Source of the DNA: a virus
Virus record (IMG/VR): IMGVR_UViG_3300045988_176357
Coordinates: 1-64,000 of that record
Length of the DNA: 64,000 nt
Strand: one strand, 5' to 3'
The notes beneath the pieces are model-generated. The model saw nothing but the letters and a program-made list of their open reading frames with translations, made no database searches and had not been told where the DNA came from. This document shows positions 53,026-64,000 of the stretch, piece by piece; within the stretch, counting starts at the first letter, position 1; the number at the start of each line of letters is the position of its first letter. A program made the position numbers and the translations under genes.

Positions 53026-55154
53026 AGACGAAGATAAGACAGTACCTCGATAAAAGAGCTGCTTTTGACAGGGCGCTCGCCAAGTCTGCAGGCTGGTGGC
53101 AGGACCTGAAGAACTTTGGACAGGCCGTCGGGCAGAACATGGCCGATGCCAACCAGTACTATAAGAATAACAGAGCTATAGACAGGCTGCAGCAGGGCAA
53201 AGGCAATTATGGTGCTTCCGACAGAAAAGCTCTTCTCGATGTCATGCGTCGCAGACAGCAGTTTATCAGAGACCGATCCGGCATGTCCTGGAAAAGTCTC
53301 AACACAGGCCAGGCACTGAACACTGCAGGTACTACAGCGGCTGCGACTGCTGCTACTCTCGCAGGAGGAGAAGTTCTCGGGGCTGCTGCTACAGGTATCG
53401 CAACAGGTGCAAAAGCTGTCAGAGCTGCGCAGACAGCAGCTAAGGCAGCCAAAGATGCGCAGACAGCTGTCAATGCCGTCAAGCCTGCAGGAACAGTCTC
53501 CCGTATGCTACGCACAGGTACAGGGACTTTTATCAAAGACTACCTGACAGGTTAGACAATTGAAGCAGCTCCTTAGGTGTATGCTCAGACAGTCGCAAAG
53601 ATGCATCCGTAGTGGACTCCGTAGCAGCGATAGCAGTATCTCGGTAAAGCGAGACAGTGGGGGAGCACTCTGAACTCTGCGTACTGGACTGGAAGCAGTC
53701 TCAGAGCTCCCGGCAAATTTGGGAAGATACTTGGATTAGGTATGGGCGCCATGGGTCTGACCAATGCATACGCTCAGAATCAGAATCCGACAGAGTACTA
53801 CACTTTACAGGAAATACAGCAGGATCCTTCCAGACTGGACAGAATGCCACAGCTGACAGGACAGCAGCGCACTGTCATGCAAAGCTATCAGCAGTAGTTG
53901 AACAACCCGATGCAACGATTCGTTCGTCCATTCAGAACTCCTGGACAGTTCTTGTTCATACCTGGTGTAGGCTCAGTTGAAGATGTTGTTCCGTAGGGCA
54001 ATAATACTGTCGACTACGCACTTGGAAGAACACCGGATACTTATAATTTACAGCGTACACAGCAGGATCGTGCTGCAGCATACAGAACTCTGGAGTAGGA
54101 TCCGAATAACCCTACAGCTGAGCGTGTACTGGAGAATACGCCATAGTATGTGCGCCAGACAATCCGGAATAATGGCGACACGACAAAGAATACAGTGCAT
54201 GCTACAGCGTAGTAGGCATACAGATCATATTTCATGAAGCCTTAGGCGTAGCAGGATCCCGCATAGTTGCAGAGGCTTAGAATAGCCGCTCTGTAGTAGC
54301 AGCGCAATGCAGCAAGGTATGCAGCGCAAAATACAGGCTTGGTACAGGCAGGATTCGGCAAAATGATTCCTGCCTCTGTGGTGCAGCAGGGTGTTGTCGA
54401 CGCTACAAAGCAGAAGATGCAGCTCTACAAGCAGTTGTCGCAATAGAAAGATCCTGTTAAGCGTCAGCAGATACTGGAGCAGCTGCGATACGGCAACCAG
54501 CAGGGAGCCATAGGTGCATAGGCGCTGAAAGCCAAGTGGTCTCCGCAGATGCGCAATCAGGTTGTACAGCAGGTTGTTGGAGATAACGCAGATCTGACTC
54601 AGCTGCATCAGATGGTACAAGGTCAGAATGATTACAATAAATGGCTTGCGCAAAATAATCTGCAGCAAGATTCCGACCAGTATACCGCTTAGATAGCTGC
54701 AGGTATGAAAGACAGATATGTGCAGAACATCAAGAAGCAGATAGCTTCCACTGACGATCCTATAGGATACGCATAGAAGCTTCTTATGTTGAAGCAGCAC
54801 GCAGGATAGGACACTGCTGAACTTGGCAAGTAGCTGTACGACCAGATATATCCCAGAGTGAAGTAGCAGATATGGAAAGATCCTATCAATAACCTGCCGC
54901 AGGCTATTAAGCTGTGGGGAATGTCTAAGGGTTACTCCAAGTAGTTCCAGAACTTGTTCGGATCCAAGTCGGGTCTGTGGGGAGCTGTCGGCCTTGGTGC
55001 AGGTCTTCTCGTAGGGCTTCCTTTACTTTACAGCCTATTTAGCGGACGCGCATAGACACCGCAGGTTAACTATAAGGATGCCAGGTTCCAGCAGATGCTT
55101 GACTAGGCTGTGCAGATGAATATGCGCAGACAACAGGAAGGACATTACGCGTGA
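53022..55154 (+). CDS. Gln-rich internal virion / tape-measure-like protein (TAG-recoded)
   Basis: ATGA overlap with the upstream stop. Frame 0 is open for 711 codons to TGA 55152-54. Ala/Gln-rich with a C-terminal TM segment. Confidence 0.5.
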
Positions 55155-55947
55155 ACTAGCTGCCGAAATCAAATCCAATATCCAAGCTTGTATAGAGCTA
55201 CCAGAGTAAGGTGAAGAGTCCCTTAGGGCAGTCTTTACTGCTCGCAGGTATTGGATTGCCTGCTGCTTATATGCTTAAGCGCCCTGTTAACAAGCTGTTG
55301 AAACATTTGGGAAGAGATCCCAGAATTAACGCGGCTCTTGGAACACGTCCTGCGTAGATGGAATAGGGCCTGGACTAGATGTAGAACTCATGGGTCGGCA
55401 AGCATGGTCTGCCTCTGATGCTTGGTCTGACTCCAGCTGCTATTGCTCTGGCTATGAATGTCACTCCAGGGCAGCCTTATTCCGGACTCACTTCATGGGC
55501 TGTAAAGAAGAAAGCCGCACTCAAGAAGATTGCTTCTTTATGGTAGGCTGACGGATATCAACCGCAGATAGACTTCTCGCAGACACTGAATCCTAATACA
55601 GTTGTCAGCATGATACAGCATAATCCATACCTGAAGGATTCACCGTATTAGCGTAATCTTGGTACATCTATTATCACAGCAGCTAAAGCATACGGTAACT
55701 AGACGACGCTTGGCAGCATTTATGACAGCGCTGTCAACAAGTTCGATACCAAGCTCAGATTTGAGGGTGTTACAGATAAAGCTGTCAAGAGTCTTGTTCA
55801 GGGTTCTCTGGCAGGTATGTTTACAGATGTGGTCGGTTCCGTGATGGGGCTGCCTTAGCCTGTAAGAGGTCAGGTTGCCAATACTGCCGGATTTGCACAG
55901 GCTCTGTACTCGATACTGAATTAATGTATACGTAATAAAGGGATACA

Positions 55948-56247
55948 ATGAAATACTCTGATGTTTATAGACAGATGAACAAGGAAGCAGGACTTGGGTA
56001 GGCTCTGGCAAACGGAGCATATCTGATCGCGGCTGTGACTATGCTGACTCCTGCTGTTGGCGGCGCCGCTGCCGGATATGCAGCAGGCAAACTTACGACA
56101 CCTGGCGTTCAGGACGTATAGAACCTGTAGAAGTAGCACAGGCTTGCCAGACTCAAAAGAGACAATGAAACACAGCGTCTTCTCTAGCAGCGTGAAGACA
56201 CCAATGCAGCCTACAGTAAGAAAGTCAAGCCGATGAGGTTTGCCTGA
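55948..56247 (+). CDS. small membrane protein (TAG-recoded)
   Basis: Frame 1. MKYSDVYRQMNKEAGLG(Q)ALANGAYLIAAVTMLTPAVGGAAAGYAAG. Confidence 0.3.
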
Positions 56248-56673
56248 TGCATAGTATCGGACCATAGGAAGCACTTCTGATGCAGCTGGACCAGGAATAG
56301 GAACCGGCGCTGACAGTCGACACTTCGCAGTCCATGTGGGACTACAGAAACAGGAATACATACAATGGAATTCCTGTCGAGCAGACTGCACAGGATCTGA
56401 AAGTCAATAATGCATAGTAGTTGTAGAGAGCTCTTCAGCTGAAGCAAGGCGTTGTCGTCTGGACAGGCTATCTGTCACCTTAGTACGACGACAAGAAATC
56501 TGTTTAGCAGTACAGAGATATCAGACAGAAGTAGGCTTAGGGTCTCATTCGTGTCTACAGCTAGGACAGACAGTTCTGCCCTCAAATCAATAAATTTCTT
56601 GTGCTTGTTACATACGCATCTCTTAGCTATTAGCTGAATCCGAGACTTGAATACCTCAAATAGGAACAGAACA

Positions 56674-57672
56674 ATGAGTGATCCGATTTTGCCGAATACC
56701 ATAACGACTGCGCCGTCTGTCAAATCCGCAGTCAACACAATAAATCCGCTTTCATTCCTGTTTTCAGGCAGAGATTACGTGCCGTCATGGTTCATAAATA
56801 TGTTCCGTGGAGCTAAGGGAAGCGAGTGGGAAACAACAGGTGCGCCTGCCAAGTCCGCACATATTGCCGCAAAGGTGCTTGCCGGAGCCGGTGCACTTGG
56901 GCTTGGAGCATGGGGAGCAAGACATCTTATGCACTCCATGAAGCTGGATGCCATAGATAACGCCAATTCAGCTGCTACTGCAGGTGGAAAGCTGTAGAAG
57001 TTGTACAAAAGACCTACAGGTGCCATGGCTGGATATACGCAGGCGGAACAGCGCAAAGCGAAGCAGCTGTAGGAATCTGACAGCAGAGGTGTTGAGAAGA
57101 AAGCCTTTGTAGGTAATGCTGTAAAGTATACCGATCCGTATTCGTTTGCTCTTGGTGTTGTACCTCCTGCCGCATCCTTGCTCGCTCTTGTGGCGTCCTT
57201 TAAGAATGCTGATAAATATTACGATACCAAACTGTCCAAGAAACTTGATCGGGACATTGCCAATGAATAGGCGGAGCGTGCCAGAATCTCCAAGCGCAGA
57301 ATACTTAAGGGACGCGGAGTTCAGGACCTGATTGAGCAGGAAGCCCCTGTGACTAAGACAGCTTCCGAAAAGCAGGGTGTGTCAGGGCCTGTGGTAAGCG
57401 CACTTGGCGGAGCTGTTGCTCTGCTTGCTGCCGCTTCATTTGTAGGCGGGTTCAAGTATGCTCGGAGAAATGATCCGCAGACAGTCAAGTTCAAGGCTTA
57501 CAAAAAGGGCATATAGGCATATAATAAAGCAAGAATAGCCTAGGAGAACGTCGAGACAAAGCCACTCGATCCCAGGCTTATAGAGCTTTTCAATGCCAAC
57601 ATCAACAATAAGAAGCGCCCGCAGGAAATGACGCCTGTTAACAGCACTTCCTACAGAGATGTGTTGATGTAA
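56674..57672 (+). CDS. hypothetical virion protein (TAG-recoded)
   Basis: RBS aggaac. Frame 1 runs to TAA 57670-72. Contains track ORF 56647..56997. Confidence 0.45.
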
Positions 57673-57684
57673 TAAGGAGCCGAT

Positions 57685-58416
57685 ATGCCGTAGTTGCAGG
57701 GAACAGTCAATAATATCCAGCGACAGAAGATGCAGTTCATCTCCGATGTGCTGGATCCTACACCAACTGTCATGTACAGAGCTGATGACTATAAGACTCA
57801 GCGCAAGTTGATCTTTGAGCGTGTTAAGAATGCTGTTCAGAAGAGATTCCCTCTGTACAATGATAAATATGTACTGTAGGTGTAGAACCTCGACTACGCA
57901 GATCCATAGGAATTCTCTTATGCTGACCAGAAGAAAGCTGTTCTGTAGGGGACGTCTGTAGGCAGAAGACTTCGTGGCAGCTATGTGCTCAGAGATGCTG
58001 CAACTAATCAGGTGGTCTCAAGAACGAAGCCGCAGACGCTCCTGAAAGTTCCATACATGACAGATCGAGGCACGTTCATCAACTCAGGTCATGAGTACAC
58101 ATTCAATAACATCATGCGTCTGTAGCCTGGTGTGTATACACGCAAGAACAACGATGACGACATTTCAGCACAGTTCAATGTGAAGAAAGGCACTGGAGCT
58201 GGATTCAGCATGACATTTGTTCCCAGCAAAGGTGTCTTCCAGATAAGCAGAGGCACTGCAAACGCTCCTGCATATACTGTGCTGAAAGACTTAGGTGTTA
58301 CAGATTAGCAGATGAAACAGGCGTGGGGCGACTAGCTGTACAATACCAATAAGTAGTACGGTACCGGGTAGAAGGCACGCATAGCTTCCAACAGAATCTA
58401 CAATTACAACTCATGA
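57685..58416 (+). CDS. RNA polymerase beta subunit N-terminal fragment (split RpoB homolog, TAG-recoded)
   Basis: KVPYMTDRGTFINSGHEYTFNNIMRLQPGVYTR aligns to bacterial RpoB [57 protein letters not shown] aligns to [26 protein letters not shown]. Confidence 0.65.
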
Positions 58417-59249
58417 GCGTTGCGTCCGATATAGCTAAAGGTATAGTAACCAGATTACCATAGCACTGGGACTGGAAACGCGCTCTTACATATGCCGGTG
58501 TGACAGGAGGCGGAGCTGCGGGTTTGTCTTTGCTGATAAGCAAGCTGCGCAAACACGATAAAAGAAAACGCACACTCAATGCTATTGTATCAGGTTTGTC
58601 AGGAGCTCTCGGCGGTACTGCGCTTTATACAGGTCTTCAGAACTTCATATAGCTAACAGGAGGGCTTCCTCTTGGAGGTTAGAACCAGCTGCCTGCAGTC
58701 GATACCGACGACAAGGCACCAGGTAAACACTATATAGTGTATATAGGTGGAATGAACACTGCTCCCAGGTATGCCAAGAAGCTGATACCGGGTGCAAATA
58801 TGGCTGTGCTTGACTGGGGATAGCAGGACAAAGCTGTTAACTTTATAAACAGTATCAGAGCTAAAGATAAGGTAACACTTATAGGTCACTCTGCAGGAGG
58901 AGGTACAGCAATAGCTGTAGCCGACAAAGTCAATAGACCTGTAGACAAATTGATAACACTCGATCCTGTAGTGTTAAATCCTGTAAAGCGTCTGTTGTAG
59001 ATGTTCAGAGTAAGAAAGCCTAAATCAGCTGTTACAGCATAGAACTACATACCTTAGGACTACAAACTTAAGGACAGCAGTAACGGATTCCTGTCAAAAA
59101 ATAATCCTATATTGCTTAGACAGGTTCCAGGAATGAATAACACAGTTATTCCGAATTAGGCACATGGGTTGTGGTCTACCGGCTACAGAGCTACGCCTTA
59201 GTCAGCATAGACCTTATTGAATGTAAAAAAGAAGGTAGTATCGATATGA
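58413..59249 (+). CDS. alpha/beta-hydrolase (GHSAGG nucleophile elbow) with N-terminal TM helix (TAG-recoded)
   Basis: ATGA overlap with the upstream stop. Frame 0 was traced by coordinates. VTLIGHSAGGGTAIAVA. Confidence 0.5.
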
Positions 59250-59674
59250 AAAAGTACGCACAAATATGTAAGGACGCCGGTGTTGCTTCGTAGGTTGCAG
59301 GTAATGCCATACAAGCCGCCCTGCCTCATGCAATTGTCAACTCCAATGTACATTAGGACATTAAACTGGGCGCTCTCGGAGCTTTCGGTGCAGCACAGCT
59401 TGTAGCAGCGGCAGCAGCTCTGGCGACGCCTACGAGATCAAACAAGCAACAGCTTAAAGCCGGTATCTCTCCATGGCATACTCTTGGTAATCTGCTAGTA
59501 CCTGGAATGGCTTCTTACAATTTGTACAAGAGGTACGGTAATGCTATGGCTCAGGAATCAGCAGCCGCAAAAGAACGCGACATCCAAGGTGCGCTCAAGG
59601 CGACCAAAGACAAAGACGCAAATGTGAGGTAGGCAGCAAAAGCCTATCTTAAGATGCGTAAAGCGAAGGCATAA
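59246..59674 (+). CDS. small Ala-rich membrane protein (TAG-recoded)
   Basis: Frame 2 runs to TAA 59672-74. Confidence 0.35.
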
Positions 59675-59939
59675 GCAGAGGACACAATGACGTACAAGCA
59701 AGCATACGCTAAAGTGGCTTAGCTCAAGTCTCTTTAGGAGCAGAACAAGTAGAACACTCCTATGACCTACATGCAGGCGCACAGAAGAATGCAGCGCAGC
59801 ATCAACGACATGCTCAAACCTCACGAACCCGATATTGCACAGGCAAAACCTGACAACAAGCTTACAGTAGATGCTCCTGAAGGATCGCCTTCCTAGACAC
59901 TTGGCAATGTAAAGTAAGCTTACACACAGCACATTCAAT

Positions 59940-59990
59940 GGGCCGCTTCCCTTCAAAACTGGCAAGGGAGGTGGCCCATTTGTATTATAT
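59940..59990 (+). terminator. rho-independent terminator
   Basis: gggccgcttccctt..aagggaggtggccc followed by a T-rich tract. Confidence 0.65.
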
Positions 59991-60041
59991 GCACAAACAG
60001 ACACGGGGTCTGCAAAACAAACGAACTGAAAGGTATTGAAA

Positions 60042-60404
60042 ATGCAAATCAAATCCTTGGATGGAGTCATGCACGAAGTCTCACCTGCTTAGGTATAGCG
60101 GGTGTACAAGATGCTTCCGGCGCATGCCTCAAAGCAAATGAAGGTCTAGGAGGATGTAGAGCTCAATTAGGTGCTCGAAACGTTCGACTGGAAGTCGCAA
60201 AAGTACATGTAGAAGGCGGGACATAACATCAAGCGTATCGTGTAGCTGTAGGCATTGCCGACTACCGAAGATGATGTGAAAAGCGCACTGGCGCATGTTC
60301 TGTGTCACGGATGCCCTGAACGGATAGCGGATGCTCTGTATGAGTCCATCTAGTTCTAGGTATCAAGATTTATGAAACATCTCGTCGACGAATACATGGA
60401 GTAA
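60042..60404 (+). CDS. hypothetical protein (TAG-recoded)
   Basis: Frame 0 runs from ATG 60042 to TAA 60402-04. Confidence 0.35.
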
Positions 60405-60954
60405 AACGAATATGGATATAATGGGATTGCTGGTGCCTATTCTTTCAGGCTCACCTGAGATAAAGGGCAAGTTGGAATCGGTGTTCGGACAGCCTGTCGA
60501 TCACATAAGCAAATGTGTGAGTCAGTTCATGGACGGCATAAAGAATGGTCCGGGTTTAGTGGATAAGTAGCTGCAGAAACAGCAGAGATTTATGCACATT
60601 TACCAGAGCGGACTGCGCATGGGCTTCCAGGATTACTAGGCGTAGATAGCCGCAGCCGATTGCGCTGGTTATCCCGTTATAGACGTTGCAAACTCCTTCG
60701 CTTAGCGGCGAGGATGGAACTGCACAATATAGGAAATATAGCAGCTCCATGACAAAATCATGCCCAGATTCATGTAGATGGGCAGGAAAACCGGACTGTT
60801 TCAAACTGAAAAGAAAACCTAGACAGCTCCAAAAGGGATCCCGAGCGTGCAGGTTACAGGAAGTGCGAAATAGCCTCCGTGGAGAACGGCGGAACAGCCA
60901 AAAGGTGCACCTGTTCCACCTGTAAAATAACAGCACCTGAAAATGAGGTAAGAA

Positions 60955-61497
60955 ATGAGTTACAATGATACGAATTGCGGTCACACCGGATGGGGTGTGG
61001 GTCTGTCTGCCATAATCGGCGGCGCTCTTGGATACTGGGCAGGTCGTTCCAGCGGTCCCGGAGGGTTTGGAGGGTACGGATGTTACGGCTTCCCGGCAGG
61101 GTATGCTGTGGCTGCTTAGAACGGTCACTGTTCGACATGCTTCGAGCAGGGTGTTGAGTCCGGTCAGACTCTCGCAGGTCTGAACTACATCGGCCAGCAG
61201 GTTGCTTCTAACAGCAGAGACATCGCCAACTCGATGACAGCTCTCAGCAACCAGCTCAACAATCAGACAGCTGCTATCCAGGCGCGTTTCGATGCGCTCA
61301 ATCAGCAGAAGATCGCGGATCAGGCTGCCTAGATCGCGGCTCTGCGTACGCAGAACGTTGTCGGTCTCAATGCTGCTGCTACCAACATGCAGCTCACGAG
61401 TCTGAACGATAAGGTCAGCTCTATCATAGCTGGCTGCGCAGTCAGGTCTGTCAATGCATGTCCGACGAACAACTGCTGCGGCTGCTCTAATCAGTGA
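60955..61497 (+). CDS. Gly-rich N-terminus plus coiled-coil protein (TAG-recoded)
   Basis: Frame 1. MSYNDTNCGHTGWGVGLSAIIGGALGYWAG..; coiled coil with NQLNNQTAAIQARFDALNQQK. Confidence 0.4.
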
Positions 61498-61892
61498 TAA
61501 CCGATGAGGGAGGTTTCCGCCTCCCTCGCAACTAAGATGGAGGTTCACAATGGCATGCTGCGCATTGGTAAAGAACTGCGGACGCTGGCAAGTGTATGCC
61601 ACTACAAAGGCTACAGGAGCCCAATATTACAGGATTTATGCTTGCCTCTGCAATCTGCAGAGATGCCCGCAAATAACCTGCGATATAGTGTCAGCCGGAG
61701 CCTCCGACTCCAGTGAAGCCACGTTGGTTACAAACTGCGGAGCGATTATCCCGCTGGTCAAGAGCTCTACACTGGCCCCGGTAACTGTGGGCTAGCTTCC
61801 GGCCGGAACCAGTATGGACGTTGTCGTGAAGACAGTCAACCAGATCCCGCAAGGTGTGGTTATTGGAGTCTGAGGTAATCTCAGGTCCGCAA

Positions 61893-61927
61893 AGCCCTCT
61901 TACTGCAACAGGTAAGGGGGCTTTTTT
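61893..61927 (+). terminator. rho-independent terminator
   Basis: gccctcttactgcaacaggtaagggggc followed by a T-run. Confidence 0.6.
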
Positions 61928-61987
61928 GTGCTCTGCTCTTACGCGCTAAGCTTTTTGATATACTTCAGCTACAGAAAGGAAACCTTC

Positions 61988-64000
61988 ATGGCTCCATTTA
62001 ATACCTCCGGCAAAGCTCCCAAGAACGCGCAAGACTGGGTCAGGTAGCTTCGCTTTTCCAACGATGTAAACATGAGCACTGTCGGTGTGGATACAGACAG
62101 AGTCACTCCTTAGCTCATGCTCGCTTCCAGCAAGAAACTTCTCGGAATCTCCAGAGGCTAGCAGGAAGGAGACGCGAAGGACTCGCTCAGATACCAGAAA
62201 GTGTTCGGACCTGTAGAGTACTTTGCGTAGAGAATACAGAAGGACGGAGGCAGCGTAGCCAGATCAATGCTGTGGAAGGCTACCAACAGAGGCAACGTCG
62301 ACTTCATCAACTCAGGCAGTCTGTAGCCGCACGTCAGTGCAGTGTTCCACCAGAGTAATCTTTCGCAGTTCGTCGACAACAGCACACCTCTCGACGGCAT
62401 CGACAACTCCATGAAGGTCACACGTGTCGGTGAGGGCGGTATATCCAGCGACTAGGTTGCGCCTATTGAGATGCGTCTTGTGCAGCCTTCTTACTATGGG
62501 TACATCGGTTCGGCTCGTACTGCATAGCGCTGTTACAGAGCCGATACACTCATTCTGACCAAGAAGGGCTGGAAGCCTGTAACACAGATGTCCATGGACG
62601 ACGAGTTCGCCACACTCATAGACGGCAGACCTGCATGGCACAGACCTATAGCGCTCAACAGCTACGACCATGATGGACCTATGTACTGTTACAACGGTCG
62701 CTACATCAAGTTCTCCGTCACTCCCAGTCACAGGATGTATGTAGCACAGGATAAAGACTACAGCATACAGTACATCGATCAGGTCTTCGGCAATACAGTG
62801 AAGGTTCTGTGCGCTGTCGACAAGGCGTCCAAAGTCGACTAGAAGCAGAGGTGGTTCTACTTGCCGCAGGTATAGTCCCCAGCAGCCAACTGCAAGAACA
62901 TATAGAAAGTGGACATTGTCGACTTCGCATAGTTCATGGGCTGGTATCTCAGCTAGGGCAGCCACGACTTACGCACAACCAAGCGAGGACAGAATTACAG
63001 AGTCCGTATTACACAGTCTCCTACAAAGAATCCTGAGCACTATGCACAGGTGCTGTAGCTTATGGACAGACTTCCGTTCACCTACAGCATAGACAGCAGA
63101 GACGGATCAGCCAATATTACAATCCTTCGGAAGCAGCTATACATGTATGTCAAACAGTTCGGACACAGTGAAGACAAGTTCATCCCTGAGTGGATCTTCC
63201 ATGCTCCAACTGCAGCGAGATGGGCATTCGTCGATGCGATCCTTAAGGGTGACGGCAAAGGCGCCAGAGATCTGTGCACCATTTCAAGCAGACTCGCAAA
63301 TGACTTTGCAAGGCTCATGTTCGAGCTCGGACAGTCTGTCAATATCATAAAAGAGCTGCAGAAATACGAGCACACAAAACGTCAGGTCAACCCCTAGGAA
63401 GATTTCCTGTACACAGTTACCTGGCACAGAACATTCTAGTCCACACTGCAAGGGCTTGGATAGAGATCAGGATATTATGTATAGGAATATAAGGGCAAGG
63501 TCTACTGTCCCACTGTCCCGGGAGGTCTCGTATATGTGAAGCTTCCGGGAGCTGCAAAAGGTTTCTGGTGCGGCAACAGCCCCGGCATCACAGGTTACAT
63601 GACAAAGAACGTCATGAAGGGTACAGACGGCAAGCTGTACCAGAACATGCTCAATGTTCGTACAGGTAAGATAGAGCCTGTTGACTCACAGAAAGCTGCA
63701 GCCTCGGTAGTCACAACCAACTAGTACATGAACACGGACGACGAATACGTGTACGCAATGGGCGGTCCCAGAGGCGTACGCATTGTCAAGAAGTCCGATA
63801 TCGACTACATACTTCCTCACTCGGATGATGCGTACTCAATGGCAGCCAACTACGTGCCCATGTATTCAGGCATCAAGTCGATGCGTCTGCTGATGGGCTG
63901 TTTGCATCCGGATACACCTGTGCTTGTTGTAGACAAAGACGGATACACAGACATCATCCCTGCAAAGAGAGTGGGACATGTCGGCACCATATATCTTGCA
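61988..64000 (+). CDS. RNA polymerase beta subunit C-terminal-half fragment containing an intein (partial, continues past the window; TAG-recoded)
   Basis: SNLSQFVDNSTPLDGIDNSMKVTRVGEGGIS..RLVQPSYYGYI aligns to RpoB [39 protein letters not shown]. Downstream ANYVPMYSGIKSMRLLMGCLHPDTPV aligns to [27 protein letters not shown]. Frame 2 contains track ORFs 62588, 63062 and 63536. Confidence 0.7.
62531..63577 (+). mobile_element. intein with LAGLIDADG homing-endonuclease domain inside the RpoB-like gene
   Basis: Begins at Cys (CYRADTLILTKKGWKPV..), the Hint N-terminal block. Internal WAFVDAILKGDG is a LAGLIDADG motif. Ends ..GFWCGN followed by Ser. 349 codons, in frame. Confidence 0.6.

Overview
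This window looks like part of a large dsDNA phage genome with two distinct coding regimes. From 1 to about 22.3 kb genes on both strands read cleanly in the standard code and look like early or replication functions: anaerobic RNR nrdD/nrdG, a DnaG-like primase, a Lys-rich DNA-binding protein, Zn-ribbon proteins, a GluRS/GlnRS-family catalytic core, tRNA-Met(CAT) and receptor-binding proteins. None of about 40 called genes there ends in TAG, and TAG does not occur in-frame in them. From about 22.3 kb to the window end, nearly all genes lie in frames that are free of TAA/TGA for hundreds to more than 1400 codons but carry many in-frame TAG codons. TAG is therefore a sense codon there, most likely Gln. 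This block encodes virion-like and late functions: collagen-like tail fibers, LRR and discoidin receptor-binding proteins, cell-wall hydrolase-like enzymes, a patatin-like lipase on the minus strand, a Zn-ribbon structural protein, and split fragments of a multisubunit RNA polymerase beta subunit, one of which carries a LAGLIDADG intein. Other notable elements: nrdD is interrupted by at least three group I introns. An IStron-like chimera pairs a near-identical group I intron with an IS605-family tnpB. An ORF-free, apparently structured region of about 1 kb sits next to the tRNA and is framed by 24-nt direct repeats. A 6.2-kb segment is flanked by a duplicated gene end. No suppressor tRNA(CUA) or release factor gene was found in this window. 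Coordinates of TAG-recoded genes were traced by hand and may be off by a few codons at starts.
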